From Felis catus (taxonomy: Eukaryota), in the NCBI RefSeq assembly GCF_018350175.1, contig NC_058368.1, positions 19,222,001-19,286,000 on the forward strand: a stretch of 64,000 nucleotides of DNA, read 5' to 3'. Below the pieces are notes generated by a model. That model was given only the letters and a program-made list of their open reading frames with translations, ran no database searches and was not told where the DNA came from. Position 1 is the stretch's first letter. Every line of letters begins with the position of its first letter. Below are positions 1 through 12,618 of the stretch, piece by piece. The position numbers were made by a program, and so were the translations under genes.

Positions 1-244
1 TAAAAATATTAATAATTTTAATTTAATAGTCTTTCTTAATGTTTTGTAACCAGCTCTACTCTCTTCCTGGAATTTGAATTTATACCACAGTCTACCACCT
101 CAATCCAATCAATTAAATTGAAATGGTTCTTGATTGGTAGTGATCCCTAGCACTCAGCACAAACCAAGGCGAATCATCTCAATTTAGATAGCTAAATTTA
201 AGATTCCCAAAGCTAAAGTTTGGTCAAATAGGCGCTCTTTAAAA

Positions 245-455
245 ATTTTTTTTAAAAATGTTTATGTATTTTTGAGAGATACAGAAAGAGTGTGAGCAAG
301 GTAGAGGCAGAGAGAGAGGGACACAGAATCCAAAGCAGACTCCAGGCTCTGAGTTGTCAGCACAGAGCCTGACATGGGGCTCAAACTCATGAACCATGGG
401 ATCGTGACGTGAGCCAAAGTAGGACGCTTAACCAACTGAGCCACACAGGCACCCC
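245..455 (-). mobile_element. CAN-SINE (SINEC_Fc-like)
   Basis: Reverse complement gives tRNA-like head GGGGTGCCTGTGTGGCTCAG, (CT)n tract and A-rich tail. Confidence 0.95.
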
Positions 456-639
456 ATAGTCAAATACGAACTCTTAACACAATCTAGGAAACATGTGAGG
501 AATCACACCCTCATGAACAGAAGTCAATAGAAATTATAAGAAGAAAAAAATCAAAAGACTATAGGTATTAAAGTAAGAAACTTTATGCTCAGGAAGTACG
601 TTTAAAAGTGTGTTTGAAGTGAAAGACATCAACACTACC

Positions 640-912
640 TGGAACAGGAAAAAGGGCTGTTGACCTGCTTTGGAACTTCAAGCTGATTTTTTGAAGGAGA
701 GGATTCTTGGACTTGAAGGACAGTAAATAATAAGCCAGGAGGAAAGAAAGTGGTGAGAAAACTCCAGACAGAAAAATCATAAAAAAAACAATTACATGGA
801 AGCATTGAACAGCATGCAGACTTTAGGGAAAACGGTAAACATTATTACTCCCATAACATGCAGAGCAGGGAAGAGCAGACATTTTAAAAATAGTCCCATA
901 CACCATATTAAG
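640..912 (-). mobile_element. L2 fragment, continued at 4552-5030 after L1 insertions
   Basis: Purine-rich, L2-antisense-like sequence; resumes after 4551 with ctgaaggattttaagcaagg...atgatc. Confidence 0.5.
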
Positions 913-926
913 AAGTACAGACTTTA

Positions 927-2813
927 TACACCAACAAATTAGACAACCTAGAAGAAATGGATAAATTCCTAGACACAAATAATCTTGTAAACTAAATCAG
1001 GAAGAAATATAAAATTTGAACAGGCCAATTACTAGCAATGGAATTGAGTCAATAATCCAAAAATTCACAGCCAACAAAAGTCTAGGACCAGATGAATTCA
1101 CAGGTGAATTCTACCAAACATTTAAACAAGAGTTAATACCTATTCTCAATATATCCAAAAAGAAATAGAAAGAAGGAAAGTATCCAAAAATAGTCTATGA
1201 GCATTCTCCAGATATCAAAACCATACTAAGACAGTATAAAAAAGTAAACTGCAGGCCAATATCTCTGATAGAGATACAAAAATCCCCAACAAAATATTAG
1301 CAAACCTCATTCAGCAATACATTAAAAAGATCATTCATCACCATTAGGTGCGATTTATTCTGGGAATGCAAGGATAGTTCAATATTCACAAATCAATATG
1401 ATATACATCAACTAAGGATAAAAATCATGTCTTCTCAATAGAATTTTGTCAAATGCTTTTTCTGTACCAACTTCTGTTCATGATAAAAACTCAACAAAGT
1501 GGGTTTAGAGGAAACATACCTCAATATTATAAAGGCCATATATGAGGGGTACGTGGGTGGCTCAATCAGTTAAGTGTCTGGCTTCAGCTCAGGTCATGAT
1601 CTCGCAGTTCATGAGTTTGAGCCCCTCGTTGGGCTCTGCACTGACAGCTCAGAGCCTGGAGCCTGCTTCGGATTCTGTATCTCCCTCTCTCTTCCCTTCA
1701 TCCACTCACACTCTGTATCTCTCTCTCTCTCTCAAAAATAAACATAAAAATTTTTTAAATAAAAAAATGAATGCCATATATGAAAAACGACAGCTAAAAA
1801 TCATACTCAGATGTGAAAAACAGCTTTTCCTCTAAGATCAAGAACAAGAGAAGGATGTTCATTCTTACCACTTTTATTCATAGGCATCCAAATAAGTAAG
1901 GAAGACATTAAACTGTCACTATTTGCAGATGACATAAATACTATACATAAAAAATCCTAGACTCCACCAAAGAACTTTTTGAATAAAGGAACAGTAAAGT
2001 ACTAGCATACAAAAATAAATACATAGAAATTGGTTGTGCTTCTGTACAATAATGAAGTACGAGGAAAATTAATAATTCCATTTACAATTGCACCAAAACA
2101 ATAAATAGATAGTAAAAAACTTCACCAAGGAGACGGAAGACATGAACTCTGAAAACTATAAAACGTTGATTAAAAAAACTGATGATATAAATAAATGGAA
2201 AGATATTCTATGCTCACTAATTGAAAAAATTAATCTTGTTAAAATGTCCATACTGCCCAAAGCAATCAATAGATTCAATGCAATCCCCCTTAAAATACCA
2301 ACAGCATTTTTCACAGAACTAGAACAAAGAATCCTAAAATGTGTATAGAATCCAAAAGACCTTGAATAGCAAGAGAATCTTGAGAAACAGCAACAAAGCT
2401 GGAGTTACCACAATCTCAGATTTTGAGATACACTACAAAGCTGTAGTAATCAAAACAGTATGGTACTGGCACAAAAATAGAACACAGATCAGTGGAACAG
2501 AATAGAGAAATGAGCCAACACTTAAAGGGTCAATTAAACTAGGAAAAAGGAAGCAAGAATATACACTGGAGAAAAGACAGTCTTCTCAACAAATGGTGTT
2601 GGCAAAACTGGACAGCAACATGCAAAAGAATGAAACTAGGCCACTTTATTACACCATACACAAAAATAAACTCAAAATGGACTAAAGACCTAAATGTGAG
2701 ACCTGAAACCATAAAACTCCTAGAAGAGAACACAGGCAGTAATTTCTTTGACACCAGCCATAGCAACATATAAACATATGTATGTGTGTGCATATATATA
2801 TGTATGTATGTAT

Positions 2814-2847
<34 letters not shown>

Positions 2848-3389
2848 GTACCACCTCTTCTTTATGCATTCATCTGTTGACGGACATTTAGATTGCTTCC
2901 ATATTTGGGCCATGGTAAATAATGCTAATAATATACATATGCATAAAAAAGGATGAAATCTTGTCATTTATAACAACATGGATGAACCCAGAGAGTGTTA
3001 TGCTAAGTGAAATAAGTCAGACACAAATAGACAAATACCGTATGATTTCACTTATATGTGGAATCTTAAAAACAAATCTTAGAAACAGACCCATAAATAC
3101 AGAGAACGAATTGATGGTTACCAGATGGGAGGTTACCAGAGTGGGGGGATGGGCAAAATGACTGAAGGGGAGTGGGAGGGACAGGCTTCCAGTTATGGAA
3201 TGAATAAGTCATGGGGATAAAAGGTACAACATAGGGAATATAGTCGATGGTATTGTAATTTTGTTGTATGAGGACAGATGGTAGCTACATTTTGGAGAAT
3301 AGCACAAGGGATAGATTTGTTCAATCATATGTTGTACACCCGAAACTAAGGTAACATTGTATGCCAACTATACCTCAATTAAAAAAAAA
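927..3389 (+). mobile_element. 5'-truncated L1 (ORF2 remnant and 3'UTR) with an internal deletion and two inversions
   Basis: ORF2-like peptides ([23 protein letters not shown]), RT motif tttgcagatgac near 1922, poly(A) at 3381-3389; left TSD aagtacagacttta at 913-926. Confidence 0.92.
1546..1770 (+). mobile_element. CAN-SINE inserted in L1
   Basis: TSD gccatatatga at 1535-1545 and 1773-1783. Confidence 0.95.
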
Positions 3390-3394
3390 GTACA

Positions 3395-4537
3395 TTCTTT
3401 GACATAGGCCATTGCAACTTCTTTCTAGATATATTTCCTGAGGCAAGGGAAACAAAAGCAAAAATAAACTATTGGGCTACATCAAAATAAAAACCTTCTG
3501 CACAGCAAAGGAAACAATCAACAAAACTAAAATGCAACCTACGGAATGGGAAAAGATATTTGCAAATTACATATGTGATAAAGGATTAGTATCCAAAATA
3601 CGTAAAGAACTGACACAACTCAACATCCAAAAAAATGAATAATACAATTAAAAATAGGAAGAAGTCATGAGTAGACATTTTTCCAAAGACCACCTACAGA
3701 GGGCCAACAGACACATGAAAAGATGCTCAACATCACTTATCAGGAAAATGCAAATCAAAACTACAATGAGATGTCACCTCACACCTGTCAGAATGTCTAC
3801 AATTAACAACTCAGGCAATAACAGGTGTTGGTGAGGATGTGGAGAAAGGAGAAGCCCCTGGCATTATTAGTGGGAATGCAAACTGGTGCAGTCACTCTGG
3901 AAAACAGTATGGAGATCCTCAAAATGTTAAAAATATAACTATCATACAATCCAGCAATTGCACTACTAGGTATTTACTCAAAGAATACAAAAATACCAAT
4001 TCAAAAGGATACATGCACCCTGATGTTTATAGCAGCATTATCTACAATAGCCAAATTATGGAAATAGCCCAAGTGCCCACTGATTGATGAACGAATAAAG
4101 AAGATGTGCTACAGATATATATATAGAGATATCTCGCCACAATAGCCTATTACTCGGCCATAAAAAAGAATGCAATCTTGCCCTTTGCCATGACATGGAT
4201 GGAGCTAGAGAGTATTATGCTAAGTGAAATAAGTCCGAGAAAGACAAATACCATATGATTTCACTCATATGTGTAATTTAAGAAACAAAGCAAATGAGTG
4301 AAAGGGGAAAAAAGAGAAAGTGGCAAACCAAGAAACAGACTCTTACTGTAGAGAACAAACTGATGGTTACCAGAAGGGAGGTGGGTGGTGGATGGGTTAA
4401 ATAGGTGATGGGGATTAAGGAGTGCACTTGTCGAGATGAGCACCAGGTGTTGTATGAAGTGTTGAATCACTATATTGTACACCTGGAACTAATATAAAAC
4501 TCTCAACTAATGGGAATTTAAATAAAAACAAACAAAA
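3395..4537 (+). mobile_element. 5'-truncated carnivore L1 (ORF2 3' end and 3'UTR)
   Basis: ORF2 C-terminal-like sequence, 3'UTR different from the preceding L1, A-rich tail; flanked by aagtaca / aagtaaa. Confidence 0.92.
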
Positions 4538-4551
4538 AAGTAAAGACTTTA

Positions 4552-5030
4552 GTAGGCAATCCAGGGTCAGCTGAAGGATTTTAAGCAAGGGCATTTCATG
4601 ATCATTTTGTTTTAGGTAGGCTGTCTAGCAATAGTGAGGGAAAGAATTTAAGAGGAACAACCGCTTAGGTGAGAGATGATGAATGCTGAAAAACCCAGAG
4701 TAGTAGTAAGAATTGAGAGGAGACACAGACTGGAGAAATAACAGCCAAAAACTCTGTAAAACTTGTGAATGACTAGTTATGTGGAAGATGAAGGGGGAAA
4801 TGGCTCCCCGGCTTCCTCCTTAGATGACTGGGCGCTCCTTACTGATACTGGAAATAAGAAAGGAGAACAAGTTGGTAGAGAAAGATAATGGGTTCAGCTG
4901 TGAAGGTTTTAGGCTTGGGGTACTTGTGGGAAACCAAGGGTGGGAATGTTTAGCAAGCACCTGAAGCTTGAAGCTCAGAGAAGTCAACACTGACAGCCAA
5001 CGGCTTGAGTGGATGACTCACCTAAGGAGA
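4552..5030 (-). mobile_element. L2 fragment
   Basis: gaaggattttaagcaagg...tcatgatc...gtgagagatgatg...agatgactggg resembles L2 antisense. Confidence 0.65.
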
Positions 5031-5514
5031 CTCTCGGAAGAAAAAGAAAGCAGCATCTATGGGTTGTACCTTGGGTTTTCCTGAAACGCAGGAGAAGCTG
5101 GATTCTTTTTAGAATAAGACAGTTTTTAAGCAGACACAATTAGGTCAAAAAAATGTAAAGCAATTCTCATAATATCAAAATATTAAAAACTACCTAAATG
5201 TCAAAGAAAACTAGAATGGTTAATATGATATATTCACCTCCGAGAATATCAGTTCTTTTAAGTAATGTGTAGGAAGAGTTCACATAAATGTGTTTAAAGG
5301 TAAAAAAAAAAAAGTAACATTTAATCATACTTCAAAAACTGTATTATATAAATAATGTAACAAGATGTATAGTAAAGTCTGGAAAGACACAAATATATTA
5401 GAAGTAATTTTTCCAAAAAAAAAGTAATTTTTTCAAATTATTCAAAGTTCTCCCTGTAATATTCTTATAATGGGAAAACAACTCTTAAAAACACATTTTT
5501 CCACAAGGAGAAAA

Positions 5515-6048
5515 CACCCCGCACAGTTGGATGGCTATCATAAAGATAGACTAACAAGTGTTGATAAGGACAGAAATAACTGGAACCCTCATAGGTTGCT
5601 GGTGGGAATGTAAAATGGTGCAGCCACCTTGGAAAACAGTTTGGTCGTTTCTCAAAAGGTTAAACAGAGAGCCACCATATGACCCAGCAATTCTTAGGTA
5701 TATACCCAGAAGAAATGAAAACATATATCCACACAAAGACTTGTATGTGAATGTTCATAGCAAAATCCTAATAGCCAAAAAGTAGAAACAGTCCAAATGT
5801 TGATCAACTGATGAATGATTATTTTAAATATGGGATATCCAAACAATGTAATATTATTCAGCAATAAAAGGGAATGGAGTACTGACATATGCTACAAGTT
5901 GGGTGAACCTTGAAAACATCATGCTACATGAAGGAAACCATACATAAAAGACAACAAGTTGTCAGATTCCACGTATAGGAAATGCCCAGAATAGGCATGT
6001 CTATAGAGACAGAAAGTATTTATTTTTAATTTTTTTTCAATGTTTATT

Positions 6049-6089
<41 letters not shown>

Positions 6090-6450
6090 ATGAGCAGGAT
6101 AGGGGCAGAGAAAGAGTGAGACACAGAATCTGAAGCAGGCTCCAGGCTCTGAGCCGTCAGCACAGAGCCCGACGCAGGGCTCGAACTCAATGAACCGAGA
6201 TGATGACCTGAGCCAAAGTCAGACACTCAACCGACTGAGCCACCCAGGTGCCCCAATAGAGACAGAAAGTAGATTAGAGGTTGCCTAGGTCTGAGGTGGA
6301 GAGAGGGGAGGAGGATTAGGGAAGATAAGTAATAGTCATGGTGTTTCTGGAGTGATGATGATGTGGAACTCTATACTAAAATCCATTGAACTGCATACTT
6401 TAAAAGGGTGGATCATAGGGTATGAGTTCTATCTCAGTAAAAGCTTCTAA
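5515..6450 (+). mobile_element. Ancient L1M (L1MB/ME-like) 3' end
   Basis: CWWECKMVQPPWKTVW peptide followed by an old-type L1 3'UTR. Confidence 0.85.
6019..6254 (-). mobile_element. CAN-SINE
   Basis: TSD atagagacagaaagta at 6003-6018 and 6256-6271. Confidence 0.95.
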
Positions 6451-7699
6451 AAACAAAAACACACATCATTTCCATCTACCCCCAGGAGAGACAAACACAG
6501 CAACACATCCTACCCAATACCATGTCTGATGCACGGTAGGCCCTCCGTAAGTGCGGAATGCATCCAATGAAGAACGAGGGCACTGGCCTCTGATTTCCTG
6601 CCTTTGTACACAGTTGGTCCCCCGACCCCCAGTCCTGTCTGCTGCCAATGTCATCACAGCCACAGGAGACATAGTCCTGAAGTCTGCAGGGTTCATAGCC
6701 TTGTCTCTGGTCTTAAACCTGGGGCCTCACTGGGCACCAGGGAGATTCACGGAAGATCAGCTTTCCTGGAAGCAAGCTCCAGCAGGACTGTGCCCTGACA
6801 TGGATCCTCCACATTCTGGTTATGCATCCTGCAAAGAAAGTTCGGGATAGGACCCCTCAAAGGGGGGCTGGGGCAAAGGCTGAGGTCCCAGCTTCCTTCT
6901 GACCAGTCCTGACTTCCCTCACGGTGGGAGGAGGCTGTTCCCCAACACCATGTGGCAACAGCAGCAAAGCCACAGGCCAAGCCCTCCACTCTGGTACTGT
7001 CTAAAGCACCTCTCCGGTTTGTTCTCTGTCTCACCACATTTGTATTAACCGACAGATGAAATCTTGGCCTTAGGTTCCCAGCTCACCCAAGCCCAGGAGG
7101 GTTCTACAAACAGTAGTCAATATTATTATTACCTTATTTCCCTATGTCCCTGGGATTCCAGCGTTGGGGGTCCACACCCAAGGGCTCCCGCCCCTGGGCA
7201 GGCTTTGGAGCATCTGCTGAGGCCTGGAAGAGCAAGAGCCCCCAAGGGCTCCAGTGACAACAAACACCTCCAGATGGTGAAGGCTGATAGGACCCTCAGG
7301 CATCCAGAAAGCCTGCCTGACTCTGATCTGGGAGGTTACATGCCCAATTCTTGTGTCGTGGAAGTGACAGTGGTGCTGATCAGTACGCTCAAGGGAAGTC
7401 TGTGAAAACCTCCACCATGAAGCTAGAGGAGGGCGCCTATAAGGCAGGGATCCTGGCATTGGCCCCGCCCCAGGACGTGCTAGGGGAGGCCCTCCTTCCA
7501 GAGATCCCTCCTGTGGTTTACAAACTCTCCCGGTCATTGAGGGCCAGGAGCGCCAGGTGCAGGGGGCAGGCAGTGAGTGGGCAAGACAGAGAACCAAGCT
7601 GAAAGTTACAACAGTGTGATGGAGAAAGGAAGGGATAAGAAAGGTCTCCCAGAGGGCCACCACTTTCACAATATAAGGAAGTAAAGAGGAAAGGGCTGG

Positions 7700-8260
7700 C
7701 ATGTGAGTCTCATTGATGGTTTGTTGATGAAAAGCTCCCATCTGATGGTTTATGATTCTTCTGTGAAGTGGGTGCTCCAGCCCATCTACTCGGGGAACAA
7801 AAATTTGAGGAAAGTGGAGAATATTTGAAATGGTCTTGAGTAGGATGGAGGAGGAAGTGACTAAGGAGAGGATGATGTGAGTTCCAGAGGCAGGAAGCTT
7901 TGTGCTGGGTTCACAGGGGCTAAAAACAGTGCCTAGCACCTTGAAGGTAGTTAACATCAATGTAGTAAATGAGGTAGGGGGTGAATGATTTTCACGTGGT
8001 GTTGGCACAGGTTACTAGTTGTGACCATGAGCTTATGGTAGCACCAGTGTCCTGGTGGGTGTGCTTTTATCAAATAGAGCTGAACCACTTCTTAGAGGGC
8101 GGATCTGGAAGAATCGGAGTTGGGATTTTGCCAGGTGGGAATGATGAAAGGGGCATGATGGAGGTGATGTCTGGTAAGTGATAAACCTTGAAATCTACCA
8201 CAGACGGAGAAAATTAAGACAAGAAGTTGCTGATGATCAAAGGTGTCGGTGGAAAGGTTG
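7700..8260. mobile_element. Degraded L2-like fragments
   Basis: cagtgcctagcac...gtagttaac near 7930 resembles an L2 3' end; purine-rich flanks. Confidence 0.4.
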
Positions 8261-8429
8261 ATAAACTGAAGATCCTGACAAGCTTAACAACCCTGCTGTG
8301 TAAAGCCAGTCCTTATCCAGACTTTTCAGTGACACAAGTCAATATATTCTCTTTTGTATAGAGGCCACCGAATTGTATTTAAATCTCTTACACCCAGATT
8401 ATTCCTCATAATACCAGAAGGTTCTCCAT

Positions 8430-8548
8430 CCCTGGCTCCTGCTTCTGAACTAACTTGCTAAATGAATATTAACTTTTCTGTACTTCAGTTTCTTTTTCTG
8501 TCAAAGGGGATGAACAATACATAGAGTTGTAAGATTAAATGGATGATA
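8430..8548 (+). mobile_element. MIR fragment
   Basis: aacttttctgtacttcagtttc...tgtcaaagggga...gttgtaagattaaat resembles MIR core. Confidence 0.6.
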
Positions 8549-8766
8549 ATTTTTTTTAATTTTTTTTAATGTTTATTTATTTTTGAGAGAGACAGAGCGT
8601 GAGTGGGGGAGAAGCAGAGAGAGAGAAGGAGACATGGGATCCAAAGCAGGCTCCAGGCTCTGAGCTGTCAGCACAGAGCCCGACGTGGGGCTCAAACCCA
8701 CGAACTGTGAGATCATGACCCGAGCCGAAGCCAGACGCCCAACCGGCTGAGCCACCCGGGCACCCC
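8549..8766 (-). mobile_element. CAN-SINE
   Basis: SINE body flanked by ggatgataattttt duplication. Confidence 0.95.
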
Positions 8767-9116
8767 TGGATGATAATTTTTTTTAAAAAACATACATTTG
8801 CTCCACAACATTGAGATGCAAAAATCATCCCATTAATTTTTTTCCAAACGAAAATTAAATCTGGCTCCATACCTGCATTTCCTATAAGACACCCAATATT
8901 ATCATGCTTCGAGGCCCCTTTCCTTCTTCTACACTTGCCCTTGGAGTTCCCCAGTAGGGTTAAGCCCCAGTTGGCAAGAGTGACAACTTGCTTGATGATA
9001 GATCCTTTATCTGTTGCCCTGCTTTGCGTTCCTCCTCACCTTTTCCCACTCCCCAACTGGCGTTTTAAATCTTGTTCCAGGGCTCACTTCTGTGAGAATC
9101 TGAACTAAAATAGTCT

Positions 9117-9339
9117 TTAAAAAAAATTTTTTTTTAACATTTATTCATTTTTTAGAGACAGAGAGAGACAGAGTGTGAGTGAGGGAGGGGCAGAGAGAGA
9201 GGGAGACACAGAATCTGAAGAGGCTCCAGGCACTGAGCTGTCAGCACAGAGCCCGATGCAGGGCTTGACCCCACGAACCATGAGATCATGAGCTGAGCCA
9301 AAGTCTGATGCTTAACCAACTGAGCCCCCCAGGCACCCC
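9117..9339 (-). mobile_element. CAN-SINE
   Basis: SINE body; taaaatagtct on both sides. Confidence 0.95.
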
Positions 9340-9480
9340 TAAAATAGTCTATTCTTTTTTATTTTGGCCACTGTGGGGAGTAATTAGGGAAGAAATATGT
9401 TTTAAAAGCCTTCTAAAGGGATGAGGTAATAATGAAAAAAGGTTGAGAAACATTGGCTTAGATACATGTACCATCTCAAA

Positions 9481-9725
9481 TTTATTTATTTATGTATTTA
9501 TTTATTTAGATTTTTAAAAAAATATTTTTATTTATTTTTGAGACAGAGAGAGACAGAGCATGAGCAGGGGAGGGACAGAGAGAGAGGGAGACAAAGAATC
9601 CGAAGCAGGGTCCAGGCTCCGAGCTGTCAGCACAGAGCCCGACACGGGGCTTGAACTCACAAACTGTGAGATCGTGACCTGAGCTGAAGTCGGATGCTCA
9701 ACCTACTGAGCCACCCAGGTGCCCC
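9481..9725 (-). mobile_element. CAN-SINE
   Basis: SINE head, body and tail. Confidence 0.95.
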
Positions 9726-9729
9726 AAAT

Positions 9730-10425
9730 TTATTTTTGTGTACAGTGTAAGGTAGGCCTCAAGTTTCATTTTTTTCCTTTTACATATGTTTATCCACTTT
9801 CAATAGCACCATTTGTTTTAAAGACTTTTTTCCCCCATTAAATTGCTTTAGCACCATTGGCAAAAATTATCTATCTATATCTATATATATGGGTCTCTTT
9901 CTGGACTCTATTCTGTTCCATTGGCTTCTTTGTCTATTAATATGCCAATACCACACTGTCTTGATTATAGGAAGTCTTAAATAGTATAATCTTCTAGCTC
10001 TTTTCTTCTTTTTTGAGATTGTTTTGGCTAATCTTAGTGCTTTGCATTTCCACATTAATTTTAGAACCAGCTTATGATTTTCTACAAAAAGTGCCACTTG
10101 GATATTATTGCAATTGTGTTCAATCCAGAGACCAATTTGGAGAGATTAACAAATTGAATCTTCCACTCCATCAACATGACATACCTCAATTTATATAGGT
10201 TTGTGTCTTAAACAGGTTTATGTATTTGATAATATTGCAAGTGGTAATTTTTATTTCATTTCTCAATAGTTCTTTTTTTAAAGATTTTATTTTAAGTAAT
10301 CTCTACACCCAACATGGGGCTCGAACCCACAACCCCAGGATCAAAAATCACATGGTTCCCTCGACTGAATCAGCCGGGCACCCCTCAATGGTTTCTTGCT
10401 AGCATATAGAAATACAACTGTTTTT
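9730..10425 (-). mobile_element. Old L1 ORF2 fragment containing a short SINE at 10273-10385
   Basis: IIKTVWYWH...QWNRIES peptide in ORF 9867..10097. Confidence 0.85.
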
Positions 10426-11033
10426 CCTTTATAATTTAATGAGTCATGTAATTATTCATCTAGCTGCAAATATTAGATTCATGACCATAATACCATTATT
10501 TATTTGTGTCACTATTAATAGAAACCAACCCCAAAAAACTGATGAATAGAAATACTCACATTTGATTTGGGACATTCATTCTTTATATAAAATGTTGTTG
10601 GGGGAACAGTTACCAGTTCATACTAAAGTGATAGGCTGGAGGAAATACTATAGGACATTGCATTTTTAAAATATAGAGCAAGGATGATATTAAACTTTAA
10701 GTTTCTTGAATCCCCATATAAAAGCATTGTAATTCATTTACCTCTTTTGTTTGCTACCAGACTTTCTCCACTCTGTCATATTCAAGATTCTTTTAGCAAT
10801 ATAATACACATTATGTTTATGTATATGTATCTATTCATATCAAACAATGTTTAAGTCATACCACTGCTTGAAGTTAAAAAATTTTTAAACATAATTTTTA
10901 TTGAAGTATATTGTATGATAATGCTCTTAATAGTTATCATTAAATTTTGCCTTTATGAAAAACCATTAAGTATCACACTTAGATAAGAGTACAGGAGTAT
11001 ATACAGACCTCATGTAGTAACTGTATTCATTTC

Positions 11034-11275
11034 TTTGTTATTTTTTTTTCTGTTTTTAAATGTTTTTCATTCATTTATTTTTGAGAGAGAGCACGTGTGC
11101 ACGCGCCCAAGTGGGGGAGCGGCAGAGAGAGAGTGGAAGACACAGAATCCAAAGCAGGCTCCGGGCTCTGAGCTGTCAGCACACAAGCCCAACGTGGGGC
11201 TCGAACTCACAAACTGTGAGATCATGACACGAGCTGAAGTCAGACGCTTAACCGACTGAGCTACCCGGGTTCCCC
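11034..11275 (-). mobile_element. CAN-SINE
   Basis: SINE body. Confidence 0.93.
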
Positions 11276-11647
11276 TTAGCTTTTCTTTCTTCTTTCTCCC
11301 TTTTTAATGCATATCCTTATATGTTGGTGTTTCGTTTCCATAGGAGGTATTCTCAAAAGTAGTATTACTAGATCAATGAATATTCATTTAAGTCAGGAAG
11401 CATAACAATAAAATAAACATCCATAAACCCAGGACTTCACACAGAATGAAAACATTTCTCATCCTGGGGAAGCTACTGGAGGTTCCTCCTTGATCCATTC
11501 CTCTTGCCTTTTTATAGAGGGTACCACCTATCTGACCATTATGTTCATAACCCCCTTGCTTTTCTTTATAGTCTAGATAGAAAGATAGCTAGGTGACAAA
11601 GATTATTTTGTTATGTTTAATTTTAGCTTTATAAAAATGGGTATCAT

Positions 11648-11870
11648 GGGGCGCCTGGGTGGTGCAGTCGGTTAAGCGTCCGACTTCAGCCAGGTCACGA
11701 TCTCGCGGTCCGTGAGTTCGAGCCCCGCGTCGGGCTCTGGGCTGATGGCTCAGAGCCTGGAGCCTGTTTCCGATTCTGTGTCTCCCTCTCTCTCTGCCCC
11801 TCCCCCGTTCATGCTCTGTCTCTCTCTGTCCCAAAAATAAATAAACGTTGAAAAAAAAAATTAAAAAAAA
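11648..11870 (+). mobile_element. Young SINEC_Fc
   Basis: CpG-intact head ggggcgcctgggtggtgcagtcggttaagcgtccg; TSD aaaatgggtatcat. Confidence 0.97.
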
Positions 11871-12061
11871 ATGGGTATCATTATGAAATAATATTTACCT
11901 TGAAGCACATCATGATTACTCAAAAACACACAATAAGTACTAGTTGACTTAACCGTTAACTGTTTGCATAATTTATACAAATGTTATTCTATAAAATATC
12001 TAAATAACATTCCATGTTAATAAATATCAATGGCTCTTTGATTTAAAAATGGTGAAAAATA

Positions 12062-12184
12062 GGTGCCTGGGTGGCTTAGTCTGTTAAGCGGCCAGCTCTT
12101 GATTTGGCTCAGGTTGTGATCTCATGTTTCGTGAGTTTGAGCCCCGTGTAAGATTCTGTGCTGATGGTGCAGAGCCTGCTTGGG

Positions 12185-12222
<38 letters not shown>

Positions 12223-12290
12223 CCTCCCCTGATCAGACACTCTCTCTCTCCCTCTCTAAACAAACAAACAAACAAACAAACATAAAAAAA
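12062..12290 (+). mobile_element. CAN-SINE (older)
   Basis: SINE head, (CT)n tract, (CAAA)n tail. Confidence 0.93.
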
Positions 12291-12618
12291 TAAAGATGGT
12301 GAAAGGCTAATTGTAAATGTTTTTCATACATCCACATTATTTTTCAGCGACATTAACGCTGTCCAGATATTTAGAAATAGGTCATTTGGGCAAGAAAAAC
12401 TTGCTGAACTCTGGAAAATACAAAGGAGTCACAATGGGAGATTTTTGAACCTGGAGAAGGAAGGATAATATTCCATCAATGATTTTTCATAGTTGTGGTT
12501 CTTACACTGAGAGACATTTTAATTGCTGTATTCCCAATTTGCTTCACTAGATGGAGATATGAGGCATATTGCAAACACTTCAGAAAGGAAAAATAACTCC
12601 TGATATCAATATTTGTAA

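Noticed and set aside
7142..8008. Longest ORF (288 aa, minus strand)
   Set aside because: No recognisable domain, non-ATG start, and it partly overlaps L2-like sequence; probably a chance open frame.
11648..11730. tRNA genes
   Set aside because: The A/B-box-like sequences are SINE heads followed by (CT)n and A-rich tails.
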